Shown here piece by piece: positions 19,302-28,963 of a DNA stretch of 64,000 bases. Position 1 is the first letter of the stretch, and the number at the start of each line of letters is the position of its first letter. Under the pieces are notes generated by a model. The model had not been told where the DNA came from. It ran no database searches and saw nothing but the letters and a program-made list of their open reading frames with translations. This stretch comes from Nannocystales bacterium (GTDB taxonomy: Bacteria; Myxococcota_A; Polyangia; Nannocystales; Nannocystaceae), in contig JBOEGF010000047.1 in the NCBI GenBank assembly GCA_050633305.1, positions 1 through 64,000 on the forward strand, given 5' to 3'. The translations under genes were made by a program, and so were the position numbers.

Positions 19302-19330
19302 TGGCTAGCGCCGAGCTCGGGCGCTGTCAA
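19302..19330 (-). promoter_or_regulatory. Sigma70-type promoter of tRNA-Arg module
   Basis: TTGACA (19330-19325), 17-nt spacer containing palindrome CCGAGCTCGG, TAGCCA (19307-19302). Confidence 0.5.
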
Positions 19331-19416
19331 CGCGGATTCCCAACCGAGTTCAAACTGGAGAACAATTCGAACGGCTCTTCGTCGCACACACAACTGTGAC
19401 ACGCTACGCTCAGAGG

Positions 19417-20383
19417 GTGCGTACAGACGTGGACGCTGCCGTATGCCTGCGATGGCGCTTTGAGCAGCTCGCACACGCCACCTCTGACCTCGTGCGCGTG
19501 AGCCATCGGGACGATGTCACCCTCGCGCTCCTCGCCAACGCTGGCGAGTCGGGCTTCTCCACATGCTGGCCCAGGGGGTCACGCCTGCTTCTCGACGAGT
19601 TCGAGCGGGCATGGGACGCCGGCACAGGAGCGCCCGACATGCGGCTTGCCGACGCCTTCGCGGCCGCCAGCACCTCTTTCTGCGAGAACGCAGCAGCTCT
19701 GCACCCACCGGAACCCGACATCCCCGGCGGCCTCTCCTACGGAACGCTTCTGGCGGTCGCGGTCGCAGGCTCGAGGGTCGAGGGTCGAGGTTGCCTGGGT
19801 CGGTGGGGCCCGGGCGGTGCTCGTCCGCGGCCACACAGCCGAGGCGTTCACCCGTCCGCACCCCCTCCTCGAACAGGTTCTCGAGGTCGGCCTGGACCCA
19901 CGGTCGAACGCCTCATGGCCGATTGACATCCTGAGGCGCACCATCGGTCCGGGCGACACAAACGACGCCGGCCCGGACTACGCGCGCTTCGAGTTTCGCG
20001 CGGGCGATACGCTCGTCCTGCTCTCGAACTCGGGGATGCAAAAGCCACCAGTCAGCCTCAACACAATAGCGGACATGGTTGCACTCGAGCCGGACGTCGA
20101 CGCTGCAGCTTCGGCGGTGACGTCCGCCGAATACGCGAACAGCACCCCCTCGATCGCCGCCTCGCGGTACTACGCCCAAAAGGGTGATAGCGATGCACGG
20201 CGACGACATCGACGACGCGACCCCAACCGCCCTCCCGTAGACGAGCGGCTTGGAGTTCCAGCACCGCATCGCATCGCATCGCATCGCATCGCATCGCATC
20301 GCATCGACGATGCCCTCCCGGCTTCAAGTTCGCAGGTACGATCCAGGCCCTCCGCCGGGGACGGCGGTTCAAGGTGGAGGTAG
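19417..20383 (+). pseudogene. Degenerate PP2C-like phosphatase, frameshifted by 7-bp duplication
   Basis: GTLLAVAVAGSRVE|VAWVGGARAVLVRG...ILRRTIG...GDTLVLLSNSG; TCGAGGG duplicated at 19771-19790; 3' end uncertain. Confidence 0.6.
20266..20305 (+). repeat. Pentanucleotide microsatellite (GCATC)x8
   Basis: Directly visible. Confidence 0.95.
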
Positions 20384-20520
20384 AGCCGAACGCTCGAGGC
20401 CCTCCCCTGCCAAACCGCGACATGCTCAAACCGGTCCCTGGGAACGAGTTTCCTGCGCGTCTCTTGAGATAGACCTGAGATTGTTCACTGGACACATTCC
20501 GGTCACGGTGCAGGAGAGCT

Positions 20521-21075
20521 ATGCGTGTCGCCCCAATGCCAAGTATGCGGTGCCAGGTCGGAAAACCGGGCGTTCTCGGCGTCGTAGACCTTAACTGCGG
20601 CTGGTACAGCCTCCGTTCGGTCGTCGGCTACCACTTCCGGCGGATCACTGGCCAGGACATGAGACATAGCCACCTTCCAAAGCCGACACTTGCAGCATTC
20701 CACCCGCGCGCCGATCTACCAGCTGACCTTCAGCCGCGCGTCACCGTTGACGACAAGCCCCGCAACGTCGGCGACTGGATCACGCGACTTCAGACCAACG
20801 GGCCGATCGTCGTCTCGGGGAAACTCGGGGCCGCATCGTGGGGCCGAGTTCCGGGTCTTGGGACCAAGCTAGGCGTGGGGCACTTCATCCTCATCGTCGG
20901 AGCACACGCTGGGCCATGGGCAGGTGGGGGTCAACTCATCTACAAGGACCCCCTCCAGGGCGATCATATTCGCCATCACTCGTTCACCGAGATGGATAGT
21001 CGCATCGACAATGATGTGTACTACGTGACTCGTCAAAACGCGCCCGCCCTGCTCCACGCGCTCCAGGCAACCTAG
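20521..21075 (+). CDS. Papain-fold cysteine peptidase-like protein (C39/C70-like)
   Basis: Q...NCGWYS, GPIVV, GHFILIVG, IYKDP give a Cys-His-Asp pattern. Confidence 0.65.
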   Translation: MRVAPMPSMRCQVGKPGVLGVVDLNCGWYSLRSVVGYHFRRITGQDMRHSHLPKPTLAAFHPRADLPADLQPRVTVDDKPRNVGDWITRLQTNGPIVVSGKLGAASWGRVPGLGTKLGVGHFILIVGAHAGPWAGGGQLIYKDPLQGDHIRHHSFTEMDSRIDNDVYYVTRQNAPALLHALQAT

Positions 21076-21472
21076 CGAGGCCGGCGGCTCGGCCTGCTGT
21101 CGCGCATCCCCAGGCCCAACCCGGGCTTCCGTGGGCGTACCTCGCTCCTCATGCTGGGGTCGGTCGATGCTCGGATGGCTGGCGCTCGGACGGCCAACAC
21201 ACCGCTGCGAACAGCCGCCCCGGAGGTCGACGGAACGCAGTGCGAGAGTGTCAGAGACGCGGTCCGGTGTATCGAACACAGAAGTGGACTGGCCCTGTCG
21301 CTGCTCTTGAACCTGGCGTGCAGCTCACGCTCCCAGCGCGGGTGTCCGGTCCGCCGCGCTCTCCGACCGTGCTCGGAACGCCTCGCGCTTGGGTGCGTCG
21401 GTGGACCGCGCGAGACAAGGGCGACTGCGAACGGCAACGGTCGCTCGGTCCTGGGCGTCCTCACGGTCGTGA

Positions 21473-22117
21473 CTACAGCGGCACCAACTGTGCAGACGAA
21501 ACCGGTTCGTCATCCCCCAAGCAGCACCTCGGGCCTTCCGCGCACGAGAACTCCGTCATCGCGACGCTCCCGTGCTCGCCAACGTTTGGACCACCTGTGG
21601 TCACCCAGCAAGGCCCACGTGACAGGCCGTCCCACCGCTCGCTCGCCCCCCAACAACGGACTCCACCATCGGCCTGCAGCGCGCAGGTCTCTGTCTGGCT
21701 GACGGCAACGGCCTGCACCTCAGCCCCGACATCGACCGCCCCGCCCACGACCACTCGTCCGCGTTCATCGACGGCGACCGACGACGCGTGCTCCTCCCCG
21801 CCCTCGGGCCCAACCGCGGTCCAGAGCGTCTCGCCGTCCGCGGCGTACTTGCCGACCCATGCGACGGACGACCCGTCACCGGGGCCGACCGCGCCCGCAA
21901 CGACCACGGGCCCGCAGTGGTCGACTGCGAGCGCAAAGGGAGTTGCTGAAATGCCGCCTTGATACGAGCGCTCCCGCAGCAGTTCGCCCGGAGCGAGACA
22001 ACCACCTCGGCAGACCGGCGTGAGGTCTGGTTCCGGGCATCCGTCCTCCACCCCCCCGCAAGCGACGACGAGCCCGACGAGCCCGCTCATCATGCGGAGT
22101 GACAACACGACAGCCAC
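21473..22117 (-). pseudogene. Chimeric lipoprotein remnant (beta-propeller repeats plus RCC1-like fragment)
   Basis: LVVAC lipobox; AWVGKYAADGETLWT, ASSVAVDERGRVVVGG then TCALQADGGVRCWG. Confidence 0.45.
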
Positions 22118-22465
22118 AGCGGATCCTAATACATCGTGCCTTCACGGCCAGCGTGTTCGATGGTTGCGCCTTCCCCGTCGAGCCCGTCAGATGCAGCAGG
22201 AGAACGTGTCTGTCGATGACCTGCTCGAGTTCGCCCCGCGACGTGGGCCAGAGTTCACAAGCGTCCGTGGCGCCGTCCGTCGCGGGCGTGAGCAGCTCCT
22301 CGGAGACGCCGAGTCCTCGCTTCAGCGGCCGCTCCTCGCCGCCATGTTCCGTGCGCACGGGCGACTCGCATGTCCTTGCCGTGACACCGGTGTCGCGTGT
22401 GGCATGGCGCTCCGTGGTGGTTACGGCGGTCTTCGACTGGCACGCCGCGTGCACACCGCAGGCGT

Positions 22466-23386
22466 ATGGCTTGGCTTGATCGACGGTCCGCGGGGTTGCT
22501 CGTCTCCCTGGTGTTTCCTCTGTGCGCATGCGATCCAGCCGAGGACCCTGGCCCCGCCTCGGAGCAAGAGGATGAACAAATCTCGGAAGACGGGGATAAG
22601 GACATTGAAGAAGCCGGGTGCAGCGAACAAGGGGAGTCCCGCGCCTGCGAGTTCGAGGGCGAGGACGGCGTCCAGTACTGCGACACCATCGACGGTGCGC
22701 TGGCATGGGGAGAATGCGTCGGGCCCTTTGCATGCACTCCAGGCGAAGTGCAGGACTGCGGGCTCGGCGAAGAGTTCGGGGACGCCTCGGACCATTGCAG
22801 CCTCGAAAACGGAGTCCCCGCGTGGGGCTGCGACTCAGGCGACTTTGAGGGCTGCGCATGCAACACACCGCTCGTGCTCAAGTTCGACGCGGCACCTGTG
22901 CAGATGACGGCCTCCCCTGCCACAACGTTCGACATCGACGACCTTGGCGCATGCGTGACCACGGACTGGCCCACGACCGCGACACCGTGGTTGGCCCTCG
23001 ATATCGACAAGGACGGCACCATCGACTCGGGGCGAGAGCTGTTCGGCTCGGGGACTCGAATCGACGGCAGCCGTCGCGCCCGCAACGGCTTCATGGCCCT
23101 GTCTCCGCTCGACACCGACCACAACGGCCGGATCGATGCGCGCGACGAACGATTCAGCGAGCTCGTACTCTGGTCCGACGACGATGGCGACAAGCGGGGG
23201 ACCCTGGCCGAGATGGAACCGCTGTCGGTCCGCAGCGTGCTGTCGATCGAGCTGGACTACGCGGTCCGGCGATCCTGCGACGAGCGAGGCAACTGCGGGG
23301 TCGAGCGAAGCGCATTCACCTACGTGGATACGACCGGCAACATCGCCCAGGGCGAAGTGGTGGATGTGCACCTCGCTTGCCAGTAG
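22466..23386 (+). CDS. Lipoprotein with calcium-binding (DxDxDG) RTX-associated-type domain
   Basis: PLCAC lipobox; TPLVLKFD, LALDIDKDGTIDSGRELFG, NGFMALSPLDTDHNGRID. Confidence 0.8.
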   Translation: MAWLDRRSAGLLVSLVFPLCACDPAEDPGPASEQEDEQISEDGDKDIEEAGCSEQGESRACEFEGEDGVQYCDTIDGALAWGECVGPFACTPGEVQDCGLGEEFGDASDHCSLENGVPAWGCDSGDFEGCACNTPLVLKFDAAPVQMTASPATTFDIDDLGACVTTDWPTTATPWLALDIDKDGTIDSGRELFGSGTRIDGSRRARNGFMALSPLDTDHNGRIDARDERFSELVLWSDDDGDKRGTLAEMEPLSVRSVLSIELDYAVRRSCDERGNCGVERSAFTYVDTTGNIAQGEVVDVHLACQ

Positions 23387-23483
23387 GCACGTACGGGCCG
23401 CTCACGTGCCGCCGGACTGAGAGGAACAGCTCGGGGTTCGAGATACGACAGCACTGTCGTATCTGGCGCCCTCGCCGGGGCTG

Positions 23484-25208
23484 TCATTTGTTGTTGGGCA
23501 ACAGCGACCAGGGGTCGGCGGTACCGAACGCCGCCAACGACATCGCTTGGAGGTCGGGCCGGCTCAGAGAGGGATCCAATGCGGGCAGCTGCTCGAAGCA
23601 CTCCGCGGTGAAGTCGCTCGAGGGCGTGGTCGCGAAATCGACGATCGCTGTCGAAACGCAGGGCGCTCCATCCAAGAGCCGACCACCGACTCCGCTTCGA
23701 AGGCTGTGAGCCCCGTCCTCCACGATGGTCGGGACAACCCCGTACCGGGAGCCGAGCGACTCGGCCCAAAGCGGGGGCGTCTGAATGTCGAAGGAGCTAC
23801 TGAGGATCAGGACCGGAGTGGTCGGGACTTCAAGGGTCACCAAGTTATCCGGAAGGTCGTTCCAGACCTCAGCGTTTGCAACGAGATTGTCCCCAAAACC
23901 GATGCTTGCGGCGCCGCCCTCGACACTGGCAATGGGGACCGCCCCGTCTTCCATGACCGACGTGCCCAGCACGACCCCGAACACCTCCGCCGAAGAAAAC
24001 AAGCTGGGGTCGATCCCCCAGGAGGCCAGCGGAAGCGGGTCGGCAGACGATGCGATGCCGGCTCCCGAGAGGAGGCTGAAGTAGGCCGATTCGACGGCCT
24101 CTGTCAGCACGGGGTCGCACTCCGCCAACATCGCGAGGACTAGGGGCACATAGTTCCGTGCTCGCGCAGCGTTGGTTAGGACTCCCAGAAGGCCCTTGAA
24201 CTGCGCCTGCTCCCACCCACCGGGGTCGTTGCCGCAGTCCTGCAGGTTGAAGGCATCGACCGCCTGTTGGACGAGAGCGTCTGCGTCTTCAGCCTCCAGA
24301 TTCGACGCACATTCGGGGTCCGCGAAACACCGAGCCACGATCTCCCGAGCTCGCTCGTCAGCGTGGACTTCTTGCAGGGTCACATCCGCGTCGGCCGAAA
24401 GCACGCTGTCAAAGACGATGCCGTCCGCCTGGTCGGGGTAGAGTCCTGCATAGTGCTCGGCCCAGAAGGTCCCGTACGACACCCCATACACGACCACGTG
24501 TTCGTCGCCCTCGGCTTCAGAGCGGGCGATGGCATGGCCGAGGTCGCGGGCGGCTTGTTCGGTGTTGAAGTGGCGGAGGTCGGCTCCCCACACCCCCTCG
24601 AGCTCGTCCCGACATGATGGTGATTGGGCACCGAAGCCGCAGTCCAGCCGGGGGGAAATGGTCCCGCGGTGGGACATCACCACCACGTCGAACCCGCCCG
24701 CGAGGATCGTCTCCGAGCTGCCGGGGACGATGAAGCCAAGTCCCGAGCCGCCCGGACCACCATCGAGCATCCACACCTCGCCCTGGCGCGGCTCGGCGGT
24801 TCGCAGTCGGGAAAGGGCCACCACGATGGTCTCCGATTCGGGGTTGTTCCAGTCCAGAGGGACCTCGATCGCCGCGCACTCGAGATCGGGGTTGAGCGCG
24901 TGGAGATCGTTTGCGCCGACTTGGCACGCTCGGCTCCATGGGATCGGGTCGAGTTGCTCGGGTTCCCCCGTGCTGCTGCTGCTCTCGGCGAGGGTGTCGG
25001 ACCCGGTGGAGCTGGAACTGGAGCCGTCCTGTGAAGTCGTTGCAGGATCCTCGGTGGTGGAGGTGACCGGTGCTGTGCTCGTCCCGTCGGCTCCAGTCGT
25101 CGACCCCGTCCCCGCCTCGGAGTTCACCGCTCCATCGTCGCCGCAGCCCGCGAGTCCGCAGGCCAGCAGGGAGGAAAGGTATGCGATGCGGACCGCTGGG
25201 CGACTCAC
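23484..25208 (-). CDS. Alpha/beta hydrolase lipoprotein (tripeptidyl aminopeptidase-like)
   Basis: LAGC lipobox; ECAAIEVPLDW, GGPGGSG, YGVSYGT nucleophile, DIQTP, GAH. Confidence 0.9.
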   Translation of the reverse strand: MSRPAVRIAYLSSLLACGLAGCGDDGAVNSEAGTGSTTGADGTSTAPVTSTTEDPATTSQDGSSSSSTGSDTLAESSSSTGEPEQLDPIPWSRACQVGANDLHALNPDLECAAIEVPLDWNNPESETIVVALSRLRTAEPRQGEVWMLDGGPGGSGLGFIVPGSSETILAGGFDVVVMSHRGTISPRLDCGFGAQSPSCRDELEGVWGADLRHFNTEQAARDLGHAIARSEAEGDEHVVVYGVSYGTFWAEHYAGLYPDQADGIVFDSVLSADADVTLQEVHADERAREIVARCFADPECASNLEAEDADALVQQAVDAFNLQDCGNDPGGWEQAQFKGLLGVLTNAARARNYVPLVLAMLAECDPVLTEAVESAYFSLLSGAGIASSADPLPLASWGIDPSLFSSAEVFGVVLGTSVMEDGAVPIASVEGGAASIGFGDNLVANAEVWNDLPDNLVTLEVPTTPVLILSSSFDIQTPPLWAESLGSRYGVVPTIVEDGAHSLRSGVGGRLLDGAPCVSTAIVDFATTPSSDFTAECFEQLPALDPSLSRPDLQAMSLAAFGTADPWSLLPNNK

Positions 25209-25268
25209 TCCCGGGACCTTAGCGGGTCCCCAAGCCCTTTGCGCACGAAAGCGAACCGAACCAAACCG

Positions 25269-25700
25269 ATGGACTACCTCGTCATTGACCTTGAAGCGAC
25301 TGGCACGAGATGGAGATCATCGAGATCGGGGCGGTCGTGGTGGATGGGACGGATCTGCAGCCACGCTACGAGTTCCAGACATTCATCCGGCCGGTGCGCA
25401 ACCCGGTGCTCACCCCCTTCTGCGCGTCACTGACGTCGATCACCCAACCCATGCTCGAAGATGCACCCGGATTCGCGGCGGCGATGCTCGCCCTGACCGA
25501 TTTCATCAACGGGCGCGACCTGCTGTTCTGCTCCTGGGGCGCGTATGACAACAATCAGTTCTCGACGGGCGCGCGGTACCACGGCGTCGCCCTGCCCTTC
25601 GACGGCCGTCACCTCAACTTGAAAGCGGAGTTCTCCAGTCGGCGAAGCACCCGCAAGCGCTTCGGGATGGCGTCGGCACTCGAGCCCCCGTCAACGCTCC
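25269..25700 (+). pseudogene. DEDDh 3'-5' exonuclease (ERI-1/KapD-like), frameshifted and C-terminally truncated
   Basis: MDYLVIDLEAT and EIIEIGAV...LTPFCASLTSITQ...FCSWGAYD in different frames; final H/D motif absent. Confidence 0.75.
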
Positions 25701-25722
25701 TGGCCCGCGACGCCGGGGTTCA

Positions 25723-26370
25723 TCACTCTCCGGGCTGAGGCGCAGGGCCTGGAGGCGGGTCCTCCGGGACATCGGGCTCGTCGCAGAAGCAGACATCGTG
25801 CTCCTTCTCCTCGCTGTAGCCACACCCGACAGCGTCCAGCGGGTCGTCACCGGACGCGCAGACGTCCTCGCAGTCCGCTTCGATGACCTCGCCGTCGAGG
25901 CAGGCCACGATCCTCTCATCACCATCACACTCGAACCGGTCATCACCGCAACTCGCAGCCGGCGCGCCCGGTTCATCCGGACTGCCACCACCGCTGTCGT
26001 CGTCATCATCACCGGGCGTGGGCGACGGCCCCGGACTGTCCACCGAACCGTCGTCGTGAATCGTGCAGGCATTGACCTCCTGGTACTCGTCGAGGAAGTT
26101 GGTGCAGTTGTCGTTCTCGAGGGCGCGCTTCGTTTCGCGGGCCCAATCTCGCTGTGCGGAGGAGAGCAGTTCACCGGTGCAGCTGCTCACCACGTCCGTG
26201 CAGTCCTCAACCGACACACCGGCGGCAAAATAGTTGCAGGCATCGAAACGCTCACACAAGCGCTGCTCGACGGGCACCTCTTCGACGTCGCATCCGACGG
26301 TCGGACCAAAGAGCACACCTCCAACGACGACCGCAGGCACCAGCCCGACCAGACTCTTGGGGAACTTCAT
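25723..26370 (-). CDS. Cys-rich lipoprotein
   Basis: PTVGC lipobox, about 14 Cys, acidic. Confidence 0.75.
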   Translation of the reverse strand: MKFPKSLVGLVPAVVVGGVLFGPTVGCDVEEVPVEQRLCERFDACNYFAAGVSVEDCTDVVSSCTGELLSSAQRDWARETKRALENDNCTNFLDEYQEVNACTIHDDGSVDSPGPSPTPGDDDDDSGGGSPDEPGAPAASCGDDRFECDGDERIVACLDGEVIEADCEDVCASGDDPLDAVGCGYSEEKEHDVCFCDEPDVPEDPPPGPAPQPGE

Positions 26371-27031
26371 GCCCGCCTTCAAAGCAGATCCAATGCCGCG
26401 CCCCGCAGCGGGAGAACCCCAGAGATTTCAATGTCCGTTGCCGTGGGTCAACGGTGTCCCAGGCCGTGGGGTGAGACTGTCTCATGGGACAGTCTCACCC
26501 AGCCGAGCACCACCGGCACGCCTCAAGTCCCGCGGAACCGGGTCGGCATCCACGGGCCCAGCGCATCCATCCGTCCGGAGACGAACACCCGCTCGCGGCG
26601 CAAGCTCGTGCAGACGTCGTTGGTCGCCTCGTCGCCAACCTCGCCTTCGAACGTCTGACTTCAACACCGGAGGGCAGGCAGCCCCAGGTGCCGGGGACGG
26701 ACTCGGGGCAGTCGGGGGCGCTGGCGCTGTGGATGCCGTCGTCGCGGACATCACGAGGGCCGTCCCGTGTTGGGGTCGGGCATCGAACACGACCAGCGCC
26801 TAGCCCGGCTGGACTGGTCAGCCCATGCTCGTTGAGCAGGACCGGGTGACCGTTGGTGTCGTCGAAGATCGTGGACCAGCCGTGCCTACTGACAGGATGG
26901 GCCGCGCCTACGTTCTCTCTCCGGCCCCGCTGCGACCCGTGCCCCTCCAACGTTCGCGCGCCGATGCGGGCATTCACTGTTCGTTTCGGCATTGATCCCC
27001 GCGCCCGCTCCCAACCCGCATAGGCTTCGGC

Positions 27032-28378
27032 ATGTCCGCGACTCGCGACGTTCGGCTCGAGCCCCCCGGTCCCACTGGCACTCCGCTGCTGGGCTCCTTG
27101 TTGCCGTTCAAGCGCGATCTGCTGCCATTCTTGATGCGGACGTCGCGGCAGTACGGGGACGTGTGCCGCTTCAAGCTCGGCCCGAAGTCCATCTACTTCG
27201 TGAATCACCCGGACCACATCCGGCACATCCTGCTCGACAACTACCGCGGCTACCGGAAGTCCGAGGGCATCGGGCGGCTGCGCCCGCTCATCGGCGATGG
27301 CATCGTCGCGCTCGAGCTTCCAGAGTGGAAACGGTCGCGGAAGGTCCTGCAACCCGTCTTCCAACGAGCCCGTGTCCAAGCCTTTGCTCCGCTGTTCGCG
27401 GGTGCGACGGAACGGATGCTCGACCGGTGGGCCCAGGCCCCCGCGACGCCCTTCTCCTTGCGAGACGAGATGATGCGGCTAACGCTGTCGGTGGTGGGGC
27501 GCGCACTCTTTGACGCCGACCTCACGGGCAAGCTGGACGACGTGGGGCATGCGTTCACCGACGCCCTCGACCACGTGATGGCTCGGATTCAGGCGCCGGT
27601 CCTGGTGCCATTGTGGCTCCCCACGCCCGGCAATCGGCGGTTCGGACGGGCCCGATCGCTGGTCGACAAGACGGTGTACGGCATCATCGCCGACCGTCGC
27701 GGCCGCCTCGACACGGGCCCGAACGACCTGTTGGGGATGATGCTCGAACTTCGCGAAGACGGAAACCCCTTGAGTGACGAGCAACTCCGCGACGAGATCG
27801 CAACCCTGCTCCTGGCAGGCCACGACACGACGGCCTATGCCCTGACTTGGACTCTGTACCTTCTCGCCCGGAACCCCGAGACCCATCGGCGCGCGACCGA
27901 CGAGATTCACGCCGTGCTGGGCGACGAGCTCCCGACCGCGGAAGACGTGGACAACCTCCCCTTCCTCGGCCAAGTCGTGCATGAATCTCTGCGGCTGTAC
28001 CCGCCATCTTGGGGCTTGGCTCGTGTGCCGGTCCGCGACGACGAGGTTGGCGGACACAGCATTCCCGCCGGCGCCATGGTCCTCATGTCGCCGTACGTTC
28101 TGCACCGTCATCCGGACTACTGGGACGATCCAGATGCGTTCCGCCCCGAGCGGTTCGCCGACGATGCGGTCAACAGCCGCGCCTACCTTCCGTTCGGCGT
28201 CGGGCCGCGAACCTGCCTCGGCCAGCACTTTGCCACACTTGAGCTGCGTCTGGTGCTTGCCACGATCTTGCGCCGTGCGCAGGTCGAGCTCATCGACCAC
28301 GAGCCGGTGCCCGCGCGCGCCGGGATTACCCTGCAACCGGGGCGGCCAATGATGGCGCGCTTACGCCTGAGAGACTGA
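27032..28378 (+). CDS. Cytochrome P450
   Basis: AGHDTT, ESLR (ExxR), PERF, FGVGPRTCLG heme ligand. Confidence 0.97.
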   Translation: MSATRDVRLEPPGPTGTPLLGSLLPFKRDLLPFLMRTSRQYGDVCRFKLGPKSIYFVNHPDHIRHILLDNYRGYRKSEGIGRLRPLIGDGIVALELPEWKRSRKVLQPVFQRARVQAFAPLFAGATERMLDRWAQAPATPFSLRDEMMRLTLSVVGRALFDADLTGKLDDVGHAFTDALDHVMARIQAPVLVPLWLPTPGNRRFGRARSLVDKTVYGIIADRRGRLDTGPNDLLGMMLELREDGNPLSDEQLRDEIATLLLAGHDTTAYALTWTLYLLARNPETHRRATDEIHAVLGDELPTAEDVDNLPFLGQVVHESLRLYPPSWGLARVPVRDDEVGGHSIPAGAMVLMSPYVLHRHPDYWDDPDAFRPERFADDAVNSRAYLPFGVGPRTCLGQHFATLELRLVLATILRRAQVELIDHEPVPARAGITLQPGRPMMARLRLRD

Positions 28379-28444
28379 GCGAGGCCACAGCGCCCACGTT
28401 CGCTCCGCCCCTGGCGGATGCGCACCGTGTTCGCAAGAGCGCGG

Positions 28445-28511
28445 CTCTGCTGACATCGACTGTCAGCAGAGTCTCCGCTCCTGACATGGTCTGTCAGGAG
28501 GCCTGTGTCAG
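28445..28511. promoter_or_regulatory. Two palindromic operators CTGACA-N5-TGTCAG plus a half-site upstream of VOC gene
   Basis: CTCTGCTGACA-N5-TGTCAGCAGAG (28445-28471) and CTCCTGACA-N5-TGTCAGGAG (28478-28500). Confidence 0.75.
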
Positions 28512-28544
28512 CTTGGCGGCGTCCCTCGAGGACCGGAAAGACCG

Positions 28545-28937
28545 ATGAACTACACACCGCAACATTTCACTGTTTGGGCCGAGATCCCCGTGACCGACAT
28601 GGAGCGCGCGATCGCGTTCTACCGCGCAGCGACCGGCGCCGAGCTAAACCTCGACACCTCAGGCCCCAACCCCATCGCCATCTTCAAGCCCGAGAACCCC
28701 GAAACCGGCGTCGCTGGAAATCTCTACCCCGGAAAGCCGGCCGGGAACGGCCACGGCCCAACCGTGCACCTCGCAGCCGCAGGCTCGATCGAGGCCATCT
28801 CCAAGCGAGTCAAGGACGCGGGCGGTACCCACGTCTCCGACCCGATCACGATCCCTGCGGGCCGTTTTTTCTATGCCCAGGATCCCGATGGAAACTCCGT
28901 CGGCTTCTTCGAGGAACGGCTTCCAGGGTCCGCCTAG
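28545..28937 (+). CDS. VOC/glyoxalase-bleomycin resistance family protein
   Basis: WAEIPVTDMERAIAFY...GRFFYAQDPDGNSVGFFE. Confidence 0.92.
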   Translation: MNYTPQHFTVWAEIPVTDMERAIAFYRAATGAELNLDTSGPNPIAIFKPENPETGVAGNLYPGKPAGNGHGPTVHLAAAGSIEAISKRVKDAGGTHVSDPITIPAGRFFYAQDPDGNSVGFFEERLPGSA

Positions 28938-28963
28938 CGTCAGTTCCGCCCTCGGCCACCCGA

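Noticed and set aside
18450..19400. tRNAs as prophage or island attachment sites
   Set aside because: No integrase and no duplicated tRNA 3' end was noticed elsewhere in the window
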